64,000 nucleotides of DNA from Iphione sp. A-MEVVRFRX5 (taxonomy: Eukaryota): NCBI GenBank assembly GCA_976226885.1, contig OZ320321.1, positions 23,374,001-23,438,000 on the forward strand. Reading direction: 5' to 3'. Positions 58,681 to 64,000 of this stretch are shown piece by piece (position 1 is the first letter of the stretch; every line of letters starts with the position of its first letter). Made by a program: the position numbers and the translations under genes. Below the pieces are notes generated by a model that had not been told where the DNA came from, did no database searches, and saw only the letters and a list, made by a program, of their open reading frames with translations.

Positions 58681-60629
58681 GCCGTAGGAACCTTTAAGAT
58701 AAACGCTACCCGCACGTGCTCCATTCAAAAAACAAGGAAGGATCTTATACACACGCACCAAGAAGCCTTACACACACACTTCCGTCCCTATATCAATATC
58801 CTGTGAACAGGAAAGGTTGAAGCACTTCTTCATCGAGTATGTTTCACTTGGAGGGATCATAATGCTACTGTTTGCTCTGATATTGCCGGCCAACCCATCA
58901 GGTCCGGCGCTGAAGTATTGTTCCGCCTTTCCTCGGTTGATGGATTGGGCTCTGCACCACTTGCTACACAAGATTGGCGTGTCCAAAGATATGATCATGT
59001 GCTATGATATTATAATGTGGGCAAAGATAAACAACCACTTTCTCAGATGTCGTTTCAGCAAGATTCTCTAATATTAGTACCAAGCAACAGATATTTTCAA
59101 TTACTATCATTTGCTTTTAGTCTCTGACCTTTTAAGGATGGAACTCAAGAATGTTTTGGCCTGACCATCGAAATCTCTTAACCTTCTATAAGGCATATAT
59201 AATAGCTTTTAAAACTAAGAGACGTATGGTCTTGCAAATTACCAACAAAAAGTCTCCTACAGTGAAATTTTGACATAGCTTACTTTAAAGATATAGGGCA
59301 CAGTGCTTAAAACACCTTGAAAATCAGCACCAATAATAAGTAGTGTTACATTCATTCACTCTTTATTTAAGGTAGAGCTCCAATATATTGACCGTTGTCT
59401 TCAATAACGCCACATCAAAGAAATCACTTAGAAAGGTCCTGCATTTTATTTTGTTACAAGTACATGTAGTACATAGAGAAACAGGGGAAATTTCTATCTC
59501 TGCATGTTGTTTAGCCAACTGGTATGACATACCCAGGTGATGAGCGATTTTCGTTTCTGGTTCACAACCAGATCTGTACACACGGATTAATCGGCACATG
59601 TAGAGCCCCTCAGGTAGATTCACTTCCAAATACTGGTAAGAAATTTTCATCCCATGTAATTGTAATCAGTCTTACCTACGCAAAAACTCATGATCAGCCC
59701 TGGGAATATTAGTACTCTCTCCTAAGTAGCCTATCGTCGTGTTTTGCACTCATTAATTTTAATAGCTCGCTAAATCTCTGATGTTGTTCTAATCTCCCCC
59801 AGATTTGAAATTAATTGTAACACTAGAGCACAGGCTACCGTCTGCCACCAGTACACAAGATGGTCCTCAGCAAGGCTGCATTATGTACTCTTTGTACCCC
59901 TGTATTTGGTTGCTAGCTGCATTGAAAATGCATGAATTGGCAAAGTGCTGAATACCATAACGATGGGTAGGTCTTGGAGATAAATACCATGACGCGCTGT
60001 TTATGCCTGCGGCTATTGAACTGTCAGCTCTATACACCAAAATCAGCTCCGTAAATTGCTCCGTGCGACCAGCCCTTCAGAGTGGATGAGTTCCACCTGG
60101 ATACCAAGCAATCAGTTATTCCATGCCAAATGAAACCCTTTTCTATATGAACCATGACCATACTGTCAAAGCTTAGAATAACTATTTAGTTAGGCGGTTT
60201 GTGCCACAGAAAGGCTCTCCTTTCACATGTTTGTTTTACGTTTATCCATTGAAATATACTAAATGTTAAGGCTAAGATTTACACTCGGACTGAAAACGGA
60301 GCCCCATCACTCACAAGGTTAGTTTCAGGCCTGTCATTGGTCTGTGGCAGATTGCTGCCGTCAGAGGGCAGTGAGGGCTCTTCCGGTCACAGCGAGATTG
60401 TTACCTTCTATCTCAAGGGGATAAAAGTGTCTCAAATCGATGTCCGAATTGTCAAGGGCGTTGGAATTGACAAAGGCTGGCTTTGCATTGTAATTGGTGT
60501 CCTTCGTCAGACCTGAACCAATTACAAGGCGGTTTACTTTGGAGAAGATCACCAGAATTCTCGTCTTTCCCCTATCGTTGTGTCCCAAGCCTGCTGACAC
60601 CTAAAATGTTCTATAGACCATCATGGTTT

Positions 60630-60850
60630 GGGAATGTTCGAACAAATATTTAGGCAACGTTGTATAAATGCTACAACCACCATATTCAGGCAATATTAGA
60701 ATGTAACATTTGGCAAACCAGAAAATATTAATTCATAACCTTAAGGCCACATTAGTATACGTCGTCCTAGAATGCTGTACTTTGGTCAGCAATGTTTCTA
60801 GAACATTGCAGTTTGGCTACATTATGCAACAAATACAAGGAATTTGGCTG
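60630..60850 (+). mobile_element. Possible highly decayed CR1/L2 LINE RT fragment
   Basis: Short translated pieces NKYLG, NHHIQAI and KATLV..VLECC echo the non-LTR RT C-terminal motifs; many stops and frameshifts. Confidence 0.3.
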
Positions 60851-63800
60851 AGCTGATCTCTTCTAAGAATCTAGACAATTATATGTGCTGTGCCCTAAAT
60901 CGAGGAGCGTGACTTTAGGTAAGTGTCTTTTGCACAATTATGTAATGTATGGACTTTATAGCCCACCTCACAAACATTTAAATGAGGTACATTTTCTCGT
61001 AAGATTTCTTGGGTATGCGGTCGTGTTTGTCAGAAAGAATAGTACATGTACATACGTCTCTTTCACAGTCGCAATATCTATCGAGTATTTGATCCATGAG
61101 TGCTACTCCGTCCATATTGGTATCCCCCCTCAAAAATTAAATAAATAATGAATAAAAAGTCGCAATTACAATGTAAAATCTAACTCTCACCATGGAGCGA
61201 AAGTTTAATTGAACTGTCACTACAGTTTTGAAAGTTGAGTTACGCGTATCATCCCCGTTTCCCTCATTTTGGAACGATACATTGATTTTATTAGAAGCAT
61301 GTTATTGATGGACCTCTACCCTATCCTCCACCTCTTCGTGTGATTGTTTGCACTGGTCTGCTGGATCTCAGACGCTTTTACTCACTGTGTTTAAAATTTT
61401 CACCGTAATTCTCCACTTTTTTGCCAATTAGCTTTTCTTGTTGCCTTCTCTTGTTGCCTGCCTGACAAGTACCTTAACTTCATTACCTTCCACCTTTGAG
61501 AGCATCAGTGGCACTCAGTTACTTTATTCTGCAAATACTGTTGTCACCTGTAGGCAATACAGGCTGGATAATAATTAAGTGGGTGCCGTCAGAAACACCA
61601 TGAATCAAGAACTCATCTTGGCACTCTACATCCACAATATATGTTAATATGGGGAATAAGAATCTGTTGTTATGAAAGTACGTCCTGTGAAACCCATTTG
61701 CTGGAATTATACTTTTCCAACTTCCCAACGCACAAGTGGACATATGGACGATGTGCCTCAAGGTGTACTGAAGTTTTTCCAAGATTAAAGATTTAGTCAT
61801 ATCCATTCCAACTACGTCAACACCTGACCATATCATTTTCGTACATATTTCAAATTAATCCCTCTCTACCTGCAGAGGTGTTCGACCCTCTTGTTGTTTT
61901 CATCAAGAGCACTTTGGATACACAAACCACGAGTGCAAGGAATTGTAATTTTAATGTTGCCTCCTATGAAGTTTGTTGTTCAATACCCTCCCATTAAAGT
62001 GGCCATCGTTGCGTTATTCTTACAAGCCTTCTCGCTATCGATTGTCTATTGATTGAAACCTCTAGTGAACACACTAGTCAACCTCCACGTGATCAATACA
62101 AACCGATAGAAACAGGGGCCTTTGAATCCTTTTCTCCTTGGCTTCTGTGATGCCCTGATGGCCTTTGAGTTGAAAGGGAAATCTCTATTAGAAGTTTTAA
62201 GTCTTAAGGCGCTCGTGCCTCTCAAAGACCGGACATGTTTGAACAGTTTCTGCCCACCCTACGTTGGGGATACGTTTGGTGTGGTGTGTTGTGTCTCTGC
62301 CGACTCCGATTTATACGAAATCAAGGTCCGGGAACAACATCGAAAGTTGTCTCGTAGATATTAAATACAAATGTGTACAAAACGCCTAATCTCTATTCAG
62401 AATACAAAGAAATGACGCCGTTTCGATTATGGGAGGACAATTAAACTTTCATCAACTTTTTCGTTTCGCACACAGATTCAATTTATGCACCTCCTCTAAC
62501 ATTACGTTACAGTTCGATACGTCTCGAGAAAAAAAATACGAAAAATGGTTTTAGTCGATATCTTAGCCAGGAATAACGACCACGATTCTCAGAATGCTTT
62601 CTGTCGAAGCAACAGGGTTGCATAACCATCCTTCCATTGATTGATTTCCTACTGTCTTGCACAGAAATCGTTAATCCATGGATTGAAGCTGCTAGTTCCT
62701 TTTTTTGCCCAAATATCATGAAATTGCTAATTGCTTCAACTAGATGGTTGATTAGACATGCAGAAGGAAATGTTTCCGTATCTATTCCTGACCGACAGAA
62801 ATGATGCTTTTGGAGGAGGTCACTGTAGTTTGTTTTATAATACTTAGTCCTAAGGTTTAAAAGAAGACATGCTTTGTATTGTTATATATCATATCAAAGA
62901 CCTTAAATTGCATGTTATTTTGAAAACATTTATATTCCATTTATTTGGTTGCCATGGCAACAAGAGAGGATTGAATGTAAGATGTAATTTAGAAAATTTA
63001 CATTAAATTTACACTTATTTACATTACTGGAAAGCAAACATGAAAAAATATTAATCCTAGGAGAAAATGTTCAATTAAGAAAGTGTTCAGGAGGTGATTT
63101 CCAGTGTTTTGATACCTAAATTGTCTCAGTATGTGATCTGGAACACACTTTGTCATGGCCTGTAAGTATGCATGTTTCATGCCAAAAAAGTGCATCACCC
63201 AATGCTTCAGCATCACTGATGCATCATGGGATATATAAAAAATAAACATAACCATGATCAAGTAAAGAGCATTAGTGAAATATGAGCCAAACAAAACAAA
63301 CTATGAATTTCATCATTATTTACATGGAAGAAATTAGCAAAAGAGTCTCTTTATTACATACTAGCTGCATATAATGATTAAAAATATTATGTAACAATTA
63401 CCTATAATTTTGTCTTAATAAGGAAGTTTATAGGATGTCATAAGTTAAACTTTTAGTATTGTTCCCACTAATGATTCATTAAAAACCTTTCACATGCTAT
63501 AGGGATAACCCCTCCAGTATTTCACAGGAATATTCTGATAATATGATGAAAGTTTATCTACTTTTTAAAGTTTAAGACATAATTGTTTCAATATTTGTAT
63601 AAAAATATGCAAATATGCTGAATTTAGGGGTTCTAATGGGTCATGTGACTACTTCTCCATGGTAACATAGTGTATTTCAACAAAGCTTCAAGTGACAATA
63701 AACACCTTACAATATGATCTTATCTTATGCCAAAATCAAAGAAATCCATCAAATATCACTAATCTAGCTGCTGGTTTGAAGCTTATCGATCATATATGAT

Positions 63801-64000
63801 CGATAAGCCTATGGTTAGACCAGAAGCACCATTTAGTCACCAAGCTCCTACTTCGCCCAGATACTGCTAATGAATATAATACTCAAGAAGGCGTGATATG
63901 TGATATGGTAATATGGTGAGGTGGTTGGGGGGGCTATGCAGGTGATGTGAAGAATATGATCCATGAATAGGGTAACTAGGGGGGACTATCTGGTTGTTAA

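Overview
Repeat-rich eukaryotic (probably invertebrate) genomic DNA; I cannot support any host protein-coding gene. Four larger mobile elements dominate. (1) 1-15474 is the distal part of an apparently intact Maverick/Polinton (adintovirus-like endogenous virus). Its intronless, overlapping core encodes a c-integrase with chromodomain, a very short penton, a basic core-like protein, the major capsid protein and an adenain protease. Next comes an unusual spliced accessory arm: two head-to-head paralogous LRR-cap type I membrane proteins (one apparently spliced to a ~1100-aa motif-array tail), two hypothetical genes, a single-BIR IAP with tandem IETD-SG repeats, and a 73-nt tRNA-Phe(GAA) with extensive compensatory changes. 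The arm ends in a 46-bp subterminal array and an ACTACTACT terminus. pPolB and the ATPase are not in the window. (2) ~17040-18635 is a decayed pogo/Tigger DD30D transposon. (3) ~41021-45247 (minus strand) is a Penelope-like retroelement (RT + GIY-YIG) with a separate upstream ORF, CpG-type nonsense mutations and a complete type I hammerhead ribozyme with a 186-nt stem III loop. (4) ~50271-55838 is a DIRS-like tyrosine-recombinase retrotransposon (gag, RT/RNase H, YR) with imperfect inverted termini and an internal complementary region. The rest is TA-flanked MITEs, a second minimal hammerhead and simple repeats. Best candidates for undescribed biology: the Maverick tRNA, the caspase-site/degron-repeat IAP and the spliced LRR receptor pair. 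All family assignments come from motif recognition by eye; no searches were run.
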